Shown here in pieces: positions 31,688 through 41,920 of a stretch of 64,000 nucleotides of DNA. The notes under the pieces were generated by a model, which saw nothing but the letters and a program-made list of their open reading frames with translations, was not told the DNA's origin and did no database searches. The position numbers were made by a program, and so were the translations under genes. The stretch is from Candidatus Poribacteria bacterium. Lineage in GTDB: Bacteria > Poribacteria > WGA-4E > WGA-3G. Within the stretch, counting starts at the first letter, position 1; each line of letters starts with the position of its first letter. The stretch lies in assembly GCA_965205025.1 (NCBI GenBank), contig CBDBFU010000003.1:64001-128000 (forward strand). Reading direction: 5' to 3'.

Positions 31688-33016
31688 GTGAATATGAAGA
31701 TTATGAAAACAGCAAAACTAATCACTATGGGATGTAAGGTGAATCAATACGATACTCAATCTATGCGAGAAACTCTCGTTCGTCATGGATATAGGATTGT
31801 TGATGATAAGCAACATGCGGATCTATATCTTATTAATACCTGCACCGTAACTAACGTTGCCGATCAGAAAGCAAGACAAGTCATACGGAAAGCTATACGA
31901 CATAATCCAAACGCTGATGTTTGGGTTACAGGTTGTTATGCAGAAAGTGATCGTAAAGCAATAGAGGAGATTCCTGGTGTGACATTCGTCTTTGGTAATA
32001 GAGAGAAGGCAGACTTTCAATCCTATCTTGATCAATGGTCCGGTGAAAAACCTATACAGATTAAACCCATTCAGCATGATGCGATTCGTGAACATGCCAG
32101 ATTTAGCAGTGGGGTAAGTAATGCTGGTAAGAGAACACGAGCATTCATAAAAGTCCAAGATGGCTGTAGTGCATTTTGTTCTTACTGTATCATTCCATAT
32201 GTAAGAGGAAGAATGACAAGTCGTTCACTATCAGAAATCGTTGAAGAGACAAACCGTATAGCAGAAAGCGGGATCAAGGAAATTGTCATTACCGGGGTCC
32301 ATCTCGGTGCTTACGGACAAGATACGGGTAGAGACAAAGATATAGCGGATATTTTAGAAAATATACACGAAGTAAATGGGATTAAGCGAATCAGATTCAG
32401 TTCAATTGAACCTATGTATTTTCCAGATATTCTATCTGAACGGATGTCAGCCCTACCAAAATGTATGCCTCACTTCCACATTCCAATCCAATCAGGTTCT
32501 GATTCGGTTTTACGGAGAATGCGACGAAGATATACTACAAGACAATTCTCACATCTCATTGAAAAACTTCGTCAATGCTTTAATGATGACGTAGGTATTA
32601 CCACTGATATAATGGTTGGATTTCCTGGAGAAACCGATAGTGATTTTCAAGATTCTCTTCGTTATGTTAGGGAAATTGGCTTCAGTCAGTTACATGTATT
32701 CCGTTATTCTCCCCGTAAAGGAACACCAGCTGCCTCCTATCCTAACCAAGTTACCCCATCTGTTTCAGGTGAACGCAGTAAAAAAATGATTGCTTTAGGA
32801 GAGGAACTGAGTAGGATTTTTCGACAGAGAATGATCGGTAAACACAAAGAAGTACTGATTGAAGAAAGTAGAGAGGGAGAGAATAATCTACTTGCTGGAT
32901 TTACAGATAACTACATCAGAGTATTAATTGATGGACCTGATACTGCAATCAATGAAGTTCTACAGATAAAATTAACTTCAATTAATAATGAATATTTACT
33001 TGGAAAGTGTGCATAA
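31688..33016 (+). CDS. mtaB: tRNA t6A37 methylthiotransferase MtaB
   Basis: TMGCKVNQYD, NTCTVT, TGCYA, KVQDGCSAFCSYCIIP, TDNY. Confidence 0.93.
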   Translation: MNMKIMKTAKLITMGCKVNQYDTQSMRETLVRHGYRIVDDKQHADLYLINTCTVTNVADQKARQVIRKAIRHNPNADVWVTGCYAESDRKAIEEIPGVTFVFGNREKADFQSYLDQWSGEKPIQIKPIQHDAIREHARFSSGVSNAGKRTRAFIKVQDGCSAFCSYCIIPYVRGRMTSRSLSEIVEETNRIAESGIKEIVITGVHLGAYGQDTGRDKDIADILENIHEVNGIKRIRFSSIEPMYFPDILSERMSALPKCMPHFHIPIQSGSDSVLRRMRRRYTTRQFSHLIEKLRQCFNDDVGITTDIMVGFPGETDSDFQDSLRYVREIGFSQLHVFRYSPRKGTPAASYPNQVTPSVSGERSKKMIALGEELSRIFRQRMIGKHKEVLIEESREGENNLLAGFTDNYIRVLIDGPDTAINEVLQIKLTSINNEYLLGKCA

Positions 33017-33078
33017 TTAAGGAACAATAATACCTTATAACTTATCCCATAATAAACCTATCTTATTGGAGAACTATT

Positions 33079-34149
33079 TTGAAAAAAATAAAAAATGTAA
33101 TTGTTTTACTTGTTATTTGCTTAGCTGTTTCTGGATGTGAAAAAATAACTGATACAGTTATGATACCTACTGATATTCCAGATACCCAACCACTTACTGT
33201 AATGACATACAATGTATATGTTGGCAGTAGTGCTGAACCTCTCTTAAGTGTAGAAAATCTAATTCAAGCTCCTACGGAAGTTGGTATAATGTATAATAAT
33301 GTTATGGCATCCGATTTCCCAGGACGAGCTGTAGCAATCGCTAAATCTATAAAGGAATATCATCCCCACATAATCGGTTTACAAGAAATCTCTCTTATCC
33401 GTAAACAAAGTCCAGGAGATTTTCTCCCTGACAACCCTACACTGGCTGAGGAGGTAGTCCTTGATTATCTCAAATTATTGATGGATGCTTTTAAAGCAGA
33501 AGGGTTAAACTATCAAGTCGCTGCTCAAGTTGAAAACATAGACGTTGAAATGCCGATGTTTTCTGACACTGGTTTAGATGATGTTAGATTAACCGATTAT
33601 GATGTCATACTTGCTCGAGACGATGTTGATATTTCACGGCAAATGAGTGATAACTTTGATGATACACTTAAAATTGAATTGCTCGGATTAGAAATAAAGA
33701 GAGGGTACGCTGCCGTTGATGCCACCGTTTCTGGCACAACATACCGAGTTGTGAATACCCATTTAGAGGCATTTACAGAGGTGATTCGAGTCCCACAAAC
33801 TAAAGAACTTATAGCTATTCTCAGCGATGAAACCCTACCAACAATTCTGTTAGGCGATTTCAATACACGCGCACCAGATGGAACTGCTTACCAACTACTA
33901 TTAGACGCAAACTATATTGATCTTTGGCAAATGGATACATCTGGGAATGGGTATACATGCTGCCAACATGATGATATTCTCAATGAAGTCAGTGATTTAA
34001 AAGTCAGAATCGACCAAATATTCGTACGCAATTTCACTCCAAAATCTATTCTGACATATACTGTAGGAGATAAACTCGATGATAGACTACCATCGGGGTT
34101 ATGGCCCTCTGACCATGCAGGTGTTGTAGCACAGATAGTATTAGAATAG
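33079..34149 (+). CDS. Endonuclease/exonuclease/phosphatase family lipoprotein
   Basis: Lipobox VSGC; MTYNV, GLQE, NTHL, GDFN, RIDQI, SDH. Confidence 0.88.
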   Translation: MKKIKNVIVLLVICLAVSGCEKITDTVMIPTDIPDTQPLTVMTYNVYVGSSAEPLLSVENLIQAPTEVGIMYNNVMASDFPGRAVAIAKSIKEYHPHIIGLQEISLIRKQSPGDFLPDNPTLAEEVVLDYLKLLMDAFKAEGLNYQVAAQVENIDVEMPMFSDTGLDDVRLTDYDVILARDDVDISRQMSDNFDDTLKIELLGLEIKRGYAAVDATVSGTTYRVVNTHLEAFTEVIRVPQTKELIAILSDETLPTILLGDFNTRAPDGTAYQLLLDANYIDLWQMDTSGNGYTCCQHDDILNEVSDLKVRIDQIFVRNFTPKSILTYTVGDKLDDRLPSGLWPSDHAGVVAQIVLE

Positions 34150-34172
34150 TATTATAATGTGAATTCGATATA

Positions 34173-34433
34173 ATACCATTTCTAATTGAAAATGTCTCTT
34201 TTTTCTACCACAAACTTTATGAGGATTAAGTAAATAGTTCGGTAATTCTATTCTTCCCAAACCCGGTAGGTGCGGTTTCCTAACCACGGGGAATGCTAAA
34301 TAGCATTCATACCGTTGATTTGGATCTTTCTACAAATTGCCGAATTTAAAAATTAATCTTCATTCAGTTTGTGACCTGAAAAATGACTACCAAAATAACC
34401 ACCTAATGAGACAATAATTTATAGAAATGGTAT
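34173..34433. mobile_element. Nested MITEs: family A contains family B (34219-34363), which contains a REP interrupted by the hairpin module (34288-34320)
   Basis: TIRs ataccatttcta/tagaaatggtat and atgaggattaa/ttaatcttcat; cccggtaggtgcggtttcctaacc followed by gggaatgctaaatagcattcataccgttgatt. Confidence 0.75.
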
Positions 34434-34497
34434 AAGATCAACACCCGCTTTACAGACGGAAATCTCCTAACATTCTAAGAATTAACTTTAAAATAAA

Positions 34498-34532
34498 AAG
34501 GGTGCGTTCTCATGAATTGAGAACGCACCTTT
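34498..34532. terminator. Intrinsic terminator between convergent genes
   Basis: ggtgcgttctca / tgagaacgcacc stem with A/T tails. Confidence 0.75.
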
Positions 34533-34558
34533 GTTCTTGTATATTTTCTCTTTCAAAT

Positions 34559-35722
34559 CTATTCAGGTTTTGTAACAATGATATCAATCTGTGGCATTCC
34601 ATTCTGTATTTTTCTAACGCCAACACTCTTGACAGGATTACGGTTTCCATCGAAGCGTAAGATAGTTGTTGCACCTCTAAAGTCTGTGATAGCAGCAATA
34701 GCATCTCGAAGTGCTACTGGATCATCTACTGATCCTACAGTGTTAATTGCCATTGCTAAGATTTTCAAGGCATCATATCCTGTAGCTGCAATACCATCAA
34801 CAGAACCATATACCATTTCATAAGAAGAAATAAAATCCATTGCAGTTGGATCTAAGTTGGTGCAAAAGTATGAATCATCCAAAGGTGAATTATCATCTAA
34901 AGTAGTGAACATTAGCGGGTCATCCCAACCATCACTACCAATAAATGTTGCGGTAATTCCTTTGTCTCTTGCTTGTTTCATAATGTTTGGATTATGAGGT
35001 GGAAAACTGGCGAGAAGAAGGACATCAGGGGCTGCAACTTTGATTGCATCAAGTTGGGTATCAAACATTGTTGTGCTTCCTTCGTATTGTTGTTTTTCAA
35101 CAATACTACCACCAAGATCCGTGAAATTCGTCTCAAAAGATTCAACAAAACCTTCAGAATATACATCCTTGTCCTGCCAAATCATTGCTGCGGTTTTCTT
35201 TTCAAGATCTTCTTTGACAACTTTCGCCAGAAGTTCAGCCTGTAACACATTTGATCCCGCAATAAGAAACATCCAATCGTTTGGATCAGTTTCCTCTGCT
35301 GTCACCTCTGCCCTTGTTGCCCCTAAGAGTGTGGGTACACTGGTAACTGGACCAACTTTAACCGCATGGCTTGAAAAGAGCGGTCCCAATATGGCGACTA
35401 CATTCTCATTTTCGACTAATTCGCTGGTAGACTGAACGACGGTATCAGTTTTTTCTTCCCTAAAGATCAACTCAACCTGCATACCAAGCACACCACCCTT
35501 AGCGTTCAATTCATCTTTTGCCAGTATTGCACCCTTACCAAAACTCGTGTAATTAGGTTGAGGATGCAATAAACCAACTTTCAGTGTTGTCATTGGTTCT
35601 GTATCAACTTGACTTACTATACTATCGGTCACTACATTTTCAACTTTTTCACACCCAGTAATCCAAAACATTGAAAAAACAATAAGTACACATAATGACA
35701 CTCTAAAAATATTTATGCTCAT
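34559..35722 (-). CDS. ABC transporter substrate-binding lipoprotein (LivJ/Peripla_BP_6 type)
   Basis: Lipobox ITGC, ELNAKGGVLG, ILGPLFSS, GSDGWD, GYDA. Confidence 0.9.
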   Translation of the reverse strand: MSINIFRVSLCVLIVFSMFWITGCEKVENVVTDSIVSQVDTEPMTTLKVGLLHPQPNYTSFGKGAILAKDELNAKGGVLGMQVELIFREEKTDTVVQSTSELVENENVVAILGPLFSSHAVKVGPVTSVPTLLGATRAEVTAEETDPNDWMFLIAGSNVLQAELLAKVVKEDLEKKTAAMIWQDKDVYSEGFVESFETNFTDLGGSIVEKQQYEGSTTMFDTQLDAIKVAAPDVLLLASFPPHNPNIMKQARDKGITATFIGSDGWDDPLMFTTLDDNSPLDDSYFCTNLDPTAMDFISSYEMVYGSVDGIAATGYDALKILAMAINTVGSVDDPVALRDAIAAITDFRGATTILRFDGNRNPVKSVGVRKIQNGMPQIDIIVTKPE

Positions 35723-35825
35723 GCTTGCCTCATTTTCTGAATATATTAATTTAAATTATATTAATGACTTGAAAATAAATTTGTAATACTGCGTTTGGGA
35801 TTATATTATTGTAACAGTGCTAATA

Positions 35826-35867
35826 TAGGTTATATTTCTACCAGCATCAGAAAAGAAATATAACCTA
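35826..35867 (-). terminator. Hairpin downstream of 35897..36331
   Basis: taggttatatttct...agaaatataaccta 14-bp stem. Confidence 0.5.
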
Positions 35868-35896
35868 ATTGTTGTTAGTACATGAAGACTGAAATA

Positions 35897-36331
35897 TTAG
35901 ACATTAGAATTTGAACGCAGCAGATGTGCTCCCAAGGCTCCATTCAAAAGCGGTAGTAAAGCATCAATAAAAATCCATACCAATGAACGGGTATCTGCTG
36001 AAATTGCTGTAAAGTCTGCCCCTACCTTAAGAATTCCAAACCAATTCCAGAAGAATATTATCGCGCTAAACATAAATCCATAAAATAGTGTATTAGCAGC
36101 AATAAACTCTTGTACACTTGAATTTTCTGTAATTCGACTCATTCGTATATATGAAAAAATTATCCCTAAAACAATCGAAATAGCTGATAATGGGTTAATA
36201 TAACCCCATAATGAACTATATGGATTATCCGTATCAGATGTGTGATATACTGGTTCGAGTATGGTGTTTAATGCAATTATTGCTGCAATTAATATGAGAA
36301 CAACACCAATAACTTTTTTTAAGGCATCCAT
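35897..36331 (-). CDS. Hypothetical 4-TM membrane protein
   Basis: Four hydrophobic segments, AGGAG RBS. Confidence 0.75.
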   Translation of the reverse strand: MDALKKVIGVVLILIAAIIALNTILEPVYHTSDTDNPYSSLWGYINPLSAISIVLGIIFSYIRMSRITENSSVQEFIAANTLFYGFMFSAIIFFWNWFGILKVGADFTAISADTRSLVWIFIDALLPLLNGALGAHLLRSNSNV

Positions 36332-36598
36332 GATTTACTCCTTTGTAAAGTGTGAATACATTGATGTTTACCACCAAAAATAATTATGTCAAACTGATAT
36401 TTAAAAGTCAATAGGAAACTATAGAAAATATTGTCACGTTTATATTGACATCAACTAAACTATCTGAAATAATGAATACGAAAGTAATTACATCTTTATT
36501 CATGCTGTATACTGAATGTAAATTACTTATTTGATATCATAGTTTGAAAATTTGTTTGTTATTTAGATGAATATCTTAATTTCTAAAGGAGAGTATTT

Positions 36599-37846
36599 AT
36601 GAAAATTAGAAACATCACTTTATTCCTATCTATGCTTCTTATTATTGGTATGATTGCCGGAATATCAAGTTGCAGTAGGATAAGTGAATTGATGCCTGAT
36701 CCGGCAGATCCAAACGATATTACTATCGGTGTTATCGTTTCTCTAACAGGGAAAGATGCAGCCCCTTATGGACTCCCAATGAAACGTGGTTTTATGTTAG
36801 CTCGAGATGAGATTAACGCCATGACTGATCTGAACATAAGCTTCATAATTGAGGACGATAAGAGTAATGAGGATGGGGCAATTGCAGCAGTAGAAGAACT
36901 GGTCAATAGAAATGTTCCGGCTATAGTGGGAATTGCTGTCTCAGATTACTTAGAAGATGCCTTCCCTATTGCACAAGAAAATGAAATTGTTGCATTTAGT
37001 TCAGTATCATCAGCAGCCGGATTGAGTAGTATTGGAGATTATGTCTTTCGTGCAGGACTCGCAACAAATAACATGATCCCCAATGGGGTAGCGCTTACCA
37101 AGGCGAAACTTGGGTATTCAAAAGTTGCAACCATTTATGATAGTGAGGATACCTATTCCAATAGTAGTAATGAGGAAGTGGTAAAAGCACTCACAGCTAA
37201 CGGTGTTGAGATTCTAACACAAGAAACTATTGCAACTGATGATACCGATTTTGAAATGCAATTATCTAATATTATGAGCATGCAACCTGAAGCACTTTTT
37301 GTCTCTGCATTGTCACAAGAGATGACTCAGGTGATTATCCAAGCAGGGAATTTAGGTATAACTGAAACTACTCAATTAATTGTTCCCGATTTGACGAATG
37401 CCGAAGTTCAGGCTGCAGGGGATGCTGCGGAAGGAGCTATCGCTTTTGCAAGTTGGTTTAGCGAGTCAGATGCACCAGGAAACAAAGAGTTTGTTCAGAA
37501 GTATATGACAGAATTTGGTATTGAAGCTGAACCATGGGCGGCACAGTCTTATGCAACCCTATATATCCTTGCTAATGCAATCTCTAAAGCAACAGATAAC
37601 AGTTCCAGTGCAATTCGAGATGCACTGATAGAAACCAAGGATTTCCCAACTATCTTAGGTAATTTCTCATTTGATCCCAATGGAGAAGCTATGTATAACC
37701 CAGTTGTATTAATTGCCAAAGATGGTACCCTTCAAGTTCCCGAGGTTGTTGTAGATACTGACCCTCAAGTTCCTGAGATGACCGATGCTGGTTCCACTGA
37801 AGATGTGGAGATGACTAAAGATGAAGTCTCTGAAGATCTTGAGTAA
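36599..37846 (+). CDS. ABC transporter substrate-binding lipoprotein (LivJ type)
   Basis: Lipobox ISSC, SLTGKDAAPYG, IEDD, GDYVFR, AAQSY, LGNFSFDPNGE. Confidence 0.9.
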   Translation: MKIRNITLFLSMLLIIGMIAGISSCSRISELMPDPADPNDITIGVIVSLTGKDAAPYGLPMKRGFMLARDEINAMTDLNISFIIEDDKSNEDGAIAAVEELVNRNVPAIVGIAVSDYLEDAFPIAQENEIVAFSSVSSAAGLSSIGDYVFRAGLATNNMIPNGVALTKAKLGYSKVATIYDSEDTYSNSSNEEVVKALTANGVEILTQETIATDDTDFEMQLSNIMSMQPEALFVSALSQEMTQVIIQAGNLGITETTQLIVPDLTNAEVQAAGDAAEGAIAFASWFSESDAPGNKEFVQKYMTEFGIEAEPWAAQSYATLYILANAISKATDNSSSAIRDALIETKDFPTILGNFSFDPNGEAMYNPVVLIAKDGTLQVPEVVVDTDPQVPEMTDAGSTEDVEMTKDEVSEDLE

Positions 37847-37872
37847 TTTTAATAATCATTGGATATATTAAC

Positions 37873-37910
37873 AAAAAAGCCGTCATCAGATAACTGATGA
37901 CGGCTTTTTT
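37873..37910. terminator. Bidirectional intrinsic terminator
   Basis: aaaaaagccgtcatcag-ataa-ctgatgacggctttttt. Confidence 0.9.
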
Positions 37911-37941
37911 ATATGGTGTTATTACATACAAATATAAGAGT

Positions 37942-40887
37942 TCAATTTCGTGCCTCAGGAGTCACCTTGAGTTTCACCTGTTTCCCATCACGTGTCACTA
38001 CCACCTCTACGGGTTCACCAATTTTTACAGCATCAAGAGCATAAGTATAATCATAGATATTGGTAATCTTCTTTCCACCAAACTCAACGATAATATCTCC
38101 TCCCTTTAATCCGGCTTTATCTGCTGGACCACCTGCACGGACACCAGAAATTTTAACCCCTTCACCTTCGGTCGTATAATCGGGTATGGTTCCAAGATAG
38201 GCACGCAGAGTATCTCGGTTTCCACCTTCTGACGGGCTCCGCTCAACTTTAACATATTCAGGACGTATATCCGTATAAACTAATTCAGAGATAAGTCCGT
38301 ATGCCAAATTTGAAATCCGTTCTAAACCTGCATAGTTAAGTGTCTCATGATCATCTGTTGGTCGGTTGTAATCCTCGTGACCTCCTGTAAAGAAACTCAA
38401 TACAGGTATTTCTTTAGGATAAAATGCCGTAACATCAGTAGGTAAATAGGGATCTACCTGTAATGTCAGATCAAACCCTATAGGTACATTTCGTTTTTCA
38501 ATTAGTTTTGTCCATACCGGTGATGAACCGGTTCCCTGCAGTATTAACTTATTATCACGAAGACGTCCTACCATATCAAAGTTAAGATAGGCAGCAATAT
38601 TCTGTATAGGTATAACAGGTTCATTCACAAAATGGGTTGATCCAATTAGTCCGAGTTCTTCTCCTGACCATAGGGCAAAGATGATTCCTTTAGTGAATTT
38701 ACCAGGATTATCAGTATATTCTTGACTAAACATTTCTGCTAATTTCAAAACAACTGCTGTACCGGATGCATTATCATCCGCACCATTATGAATTTGACCT
38801 TCTTCACCTTTTCTTGCTAATGATCCAATTTCACCGTATCCAATATGGTCATAATGTGCTCCAACGACTATATATACTGGAGTGTTTGTTGTTACATCTG
38901 GTGGGAACTGTGCAAGAACATTGTTATCTGTCTTTTTTACCCTTTCAATCGAAACAACAATCTTAACCTTCACATTAGGTAGAGGAAAGTGTCCAAGAAA
39001 ATGAGGGTTTTCCGTATCCAGACCAGATTGGACTTCAACCAGTTTCTTTTCATAGTCAGAAAAGAGTGTATTTGCAACCTTACTTGAAATAGAGGCAGAT
39101 ACAATCCCTGAATCTGCAAGACTACTGTCAAAATCAAGTGGAATCAACTCACCTGCATTAGGAGAATTCGGTCCAGCGACAACCAAAAAAGCTGAAGCAC
39201 CATTTTCACGCGCTTGCATCGCTTTATAACGTAATCCTGCATATCTATTTAATTCTTGCCGACGTTCTGGTGTAACACCTTCAGGAACATATCGTAATGC
39301 CACAACAATCTTATCTTTTACATCAATGCCTGCATAGGAGTCGTAGCCGACACCCAACTCACCTGGAACTGTAAGTCCATATCCGACAAAGACAACTTCT
39401 CCTTCAACCACACCATTACGAGAAAAGGATAGAGGTAAGAAGTCTTCATTGACATTATACTCAAAGGATTCGTCAGAATCTCCAGAGGTCTGCATAATTG
39501 TAAATTGATTCTCATTTGGAATTACTTTCCTACCTGCAGTAAATTGAAAGGATTGAAGATAACCCCCCTCTTCACCAGCCGGTTGAAGATTGAATTTAGT
39601 AAATTGTTCAACGATGTATTCAGCAGCATGTTTGGCTCCATCGGATCCTGTCATTCTTCCTTCCAAAGTATCATCTGCAAGGAATTCTACATGGTGTTGT
39701 ATGTTACTCTTACTATCAATTAAAAAATCACCGTTTGTGGAGTCTCCATGAGATTCTTCTTTGGAAACTACTTTATTTGATAATTGGATCCTTGGTGAGG
39801 AGGATAGCGAATCAATAGCTGCTTTATGGTTCCACGAAGCAAGATATAATTGTGAGACTTCTTGGCTATTTCTATTGGATGTCCAACATAGACGATTACC
39901 ATCAGGTGAAAAGACTGGTAGACCATCAAACCCATCTGTTGATGTAATCTGAACAGGTTCATGTCTACCCATACTATCAACTATATACAGTTCAAAATTT
40001 GAAAATCCCAGCTTATTTGAGGCAAATATTACATATTCACCACTCGGATGAAAATAGGGTGCCCAAGACATTGAATCAAAATCAGTCAAACGTATAATTC
40101 CTGTACCATCAAGTTTCATAGTAAAAATATCTGCAACACTCCCATCAGGAGTAAAATGACGCCATACGATACGTTCCCCGTTCGGAGTAAAAAAAGGACC
40201 ACCATCATAACCGGGCATATCCGTCAAACGTCTCTGGTTAGAGCCATCCGCATTCATGATGTAAATTTCACCGAAATAAGCAGGATCAACTTCTAACTGT
40301 TTTAAATCCTTAGCAGATAAATCCTTTTTTGGATAGGCATCACGTAATGAACAGAATACAATATATCTACCATCAGGTGAATATGAACCCTCGGCATCGT
40401 ATCCATAAGCATCTGTCAATTGTACCAAATTACTTCCATCCCGTTTAGCAGAGAAGATATCCATTGTTTCATCATAATCCCAACTATAACGCCGTTCTTT
40501 CCCTGATTCACGAAATGCTATTTCCTCTTTCTGCTTTCCTTCGGCAAATACATCGTGATGGGTAGATGCATATAATACTTCATCTGTACCAGGTCGAAAG
40601 AAAGCACAAGTGGTCTTTCCAATACCAGATGAAACCCGATGAGTGTCACCTGTTAATAGGTTAAGGAGATAAATCTGATAAAACGGGTTATCGGGTTCTC
40701 GTTCACTCTGAAATATAAGGGAATTACCATCGTCCGAAAAATATCCTTCACCAGCTCGTTTCCCATCGTAAGTGAGTTGACGGATATTCTCAAGATATTG
40801 GGATTCTTCCGCAATAGTATATTGAGTAAATAATAATACACAGGAAAGAGAAAAAACTATAAACACGACGCATTTTATGAAACACAT
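37942..40887 (-). CDS. Secreted M28 aminopeptidase with TolB-like propeller, PA and PDZ domains
   Basis: PD40 repeats, GAHYDHIG, GADDNASG, WSGEELGL, NFDMVGR, LGTIPDY..GGPADKAG. Confidence 0.92.
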   Translation of the reverse strand: MCFIKCVVFIVFSLSCVLLFTQYTIAEESQYLENIRQLTYDGKRAGEGYFSDDGNSLIFQSEREPDNPFYQIYLLNLLTGDTHRVSSGIGKTTCAFFRPGTDEVLYASTHHDVFAEGKQKEEIAFRESGKERRYSWDYDETMDIFSAKRDGSNLVQLTDAYGYDAEGSYSPDGRYIVFCSLRDAYPKKDLSAKDLKQLEVDPAYFGEIYIMNADGSNQRRLTDMPGYDGGPFFTPNGERIVWRHFTPDGSVADIFTMKLDGTGIIRLTDFDSMSWAPYFHPSGEYVIFASNKLGFSNFELYIVDSMGRHEPVQITSTDGFDGLPVFSPDGNRLCWTSNRNSQEVSQLYLASWNHKAAIDSLSSSPRIQLSNKVVSKEESHGDSTNGDFLIDSKSNIQHHVEFLADDTLEGRMTGSDGAKHAAEYIVEQFTKFNLQPAGEEGGYLQSFQFTAGRKVIPNENQFTIMQTSGDSDESFEYNVNEDFLPLSFSRNGVVEGEVVFVGYGLTVPGELGVGYDSYAGIDVKDKIVVALRYVPEGVTPERRQELNRYAGLRYKAMQARENGASAFLVVAGPNSPNAGELIPLDFDSSLADSGIVSASISSKVANTLFSDYEKKLVEVQSGLDTENPHFLGHFPLPNVKVKIVVSIERVKKTDNNVLAQFPPDVTTNTPVYIVVGAHYDHIGYGEIGSLARKGEEGQIHNGADDNASGTAVVLKLAEMFSQEYTDNPGKFTKGIIFALWSGEELGLIGSTHFVNEPVIPIQNIAAYLNFDMVGRLRDNKLILQGTGSSPVWTKLIEKRNVPIGFDLTLQVDPYLPTDVTAFYPKEIPVLSFFTGGHEDYNRPTDDHETLNYAGLERISNLAYGLISELVYTDIRPEYVKVERSPSEGGNRDTLRAYLGTIPDYTTEGEGVKISGVRAGGPADKAGLKGGDIIVEFGGKKITNIYDYTYALDAVKIGEPVEVVVTRDGKQVKLKVTPEARN

Positions 40888-40970
40888 TTCATATTCCTCA
40901 AAATTGTTATTCTTTGATTGTATTCCTAAATACTACATGACCTGTATATACAATATCCATGTAATTCTGT

Positions 40971-41822
40971 TTAAAGATGTTTGTTAGCCATTTCTCTTAG
41001 GAATGCAAGTCCTTCTGACGCAAGACTCTCTGCGCTTGGAGCAATATCACGCCAAATACATGTAGCAGCCGCAATTTCTTTAACAGCAGGTGTGAATGAC
41101 TCTATTACAAGCCATCTATTATAATTTATCTCAGCAAGTGCACCAAACACACCTTCCCAGTCAACAAGTCCTGTACCGGGGGTGCCACGATCATTCTCAC
41201 AACAATGCATGTGATGTAAATAGTCACCAGTATTAATAATTGCATCTGCTTGATTTTTCTCTTCAATGTTCATATGAAATGTATCCAAATGAACTTTAAA
41301 ATAAGGACTATCTACTGCCTCACAGAGTTTTACTGCATCTTCAGCAATGTTAACAAAGTAGGTTTCAAAACGATTGAGTGGTTCGCTTGCAAGTGTCACA
41401 CCATGTTTACCACCAAATTCCGCTGCCTCTTGAAGACCTTCTACACACCATTCCCATTCCTGAGTGTTTCTACCCCTACCAACAAGTTTTCCAACAGCAC
41501 TATACATAGGTCCAACAAGTGTATCTGCACCTAATTCCGCAATTACCTCTATTGTCTGTTTAAGATAACTCTTTCCATTCTCACGGATTGTAGGATCTTC
41601 ATCAATTGGATTTCTATCGCCAGCCATAATATTACAGCCAATTGTTTCTATGCCGGTATCCTTCAGCAATGATTGGGTGTACGGTATATCAACTGTATCT
41701 GGATCGAAAATAGGAATTTCTACACCATCGAATCCCATTTCCGAGACTTTTGGTATCAAGTCCGCTGTTTCTTTATCAAACTTATCTGCCCAAAGTAATA
41801 AATTCACACCGATTTTTGCCAT
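40971..41822 (-). CDS. D-psicose/D-tagatose 3-epimerase family sugar epimerase
   Basis: GFDGVEIP, EPLNRFET, LDTFHMNIEE, HCCENDRG, IESF. Confidence 0.9.
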   Translation of the reverse strand: MAKIGVNLLLWADKFDKETADLIPKVSEMGFDGVEIPIFDPDTVDIPYTQSLLKDTGIETIGCNIMAGDRNPIDEDPTIRENGKSYLKQTIEVIAELGADTLVGPMYSAVGKLVGRGRNTQEWEWCVEGLQEAAEFGGKHGVTLASEPLNRFETYFVNIAEDAVKLCEAVDSPYFKVHLDTFHMNIEEKNQADAIINTGDYLHHMHCCENDRGTPGTGLVDWEGVFGALAEINYNRWLVIESFTPAVKEIAAATCIWRDIAPSAESLASEGLAFLREMANKHL

Positions 41823-41920
41823 TTAGTAGTCTCCTTGTTTTCAGTAATAATATAATACCTTATTTCTATAATTCAAACGAGAGATTAAGTAATCAGGTTG
41901 ACCATTTAATACATCATTAA

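Noticed and set aside
36370-36400. ttatgtcaaac as a dif site
   Set aside because: Only an XerD-like arm; no convincing XerC arm.
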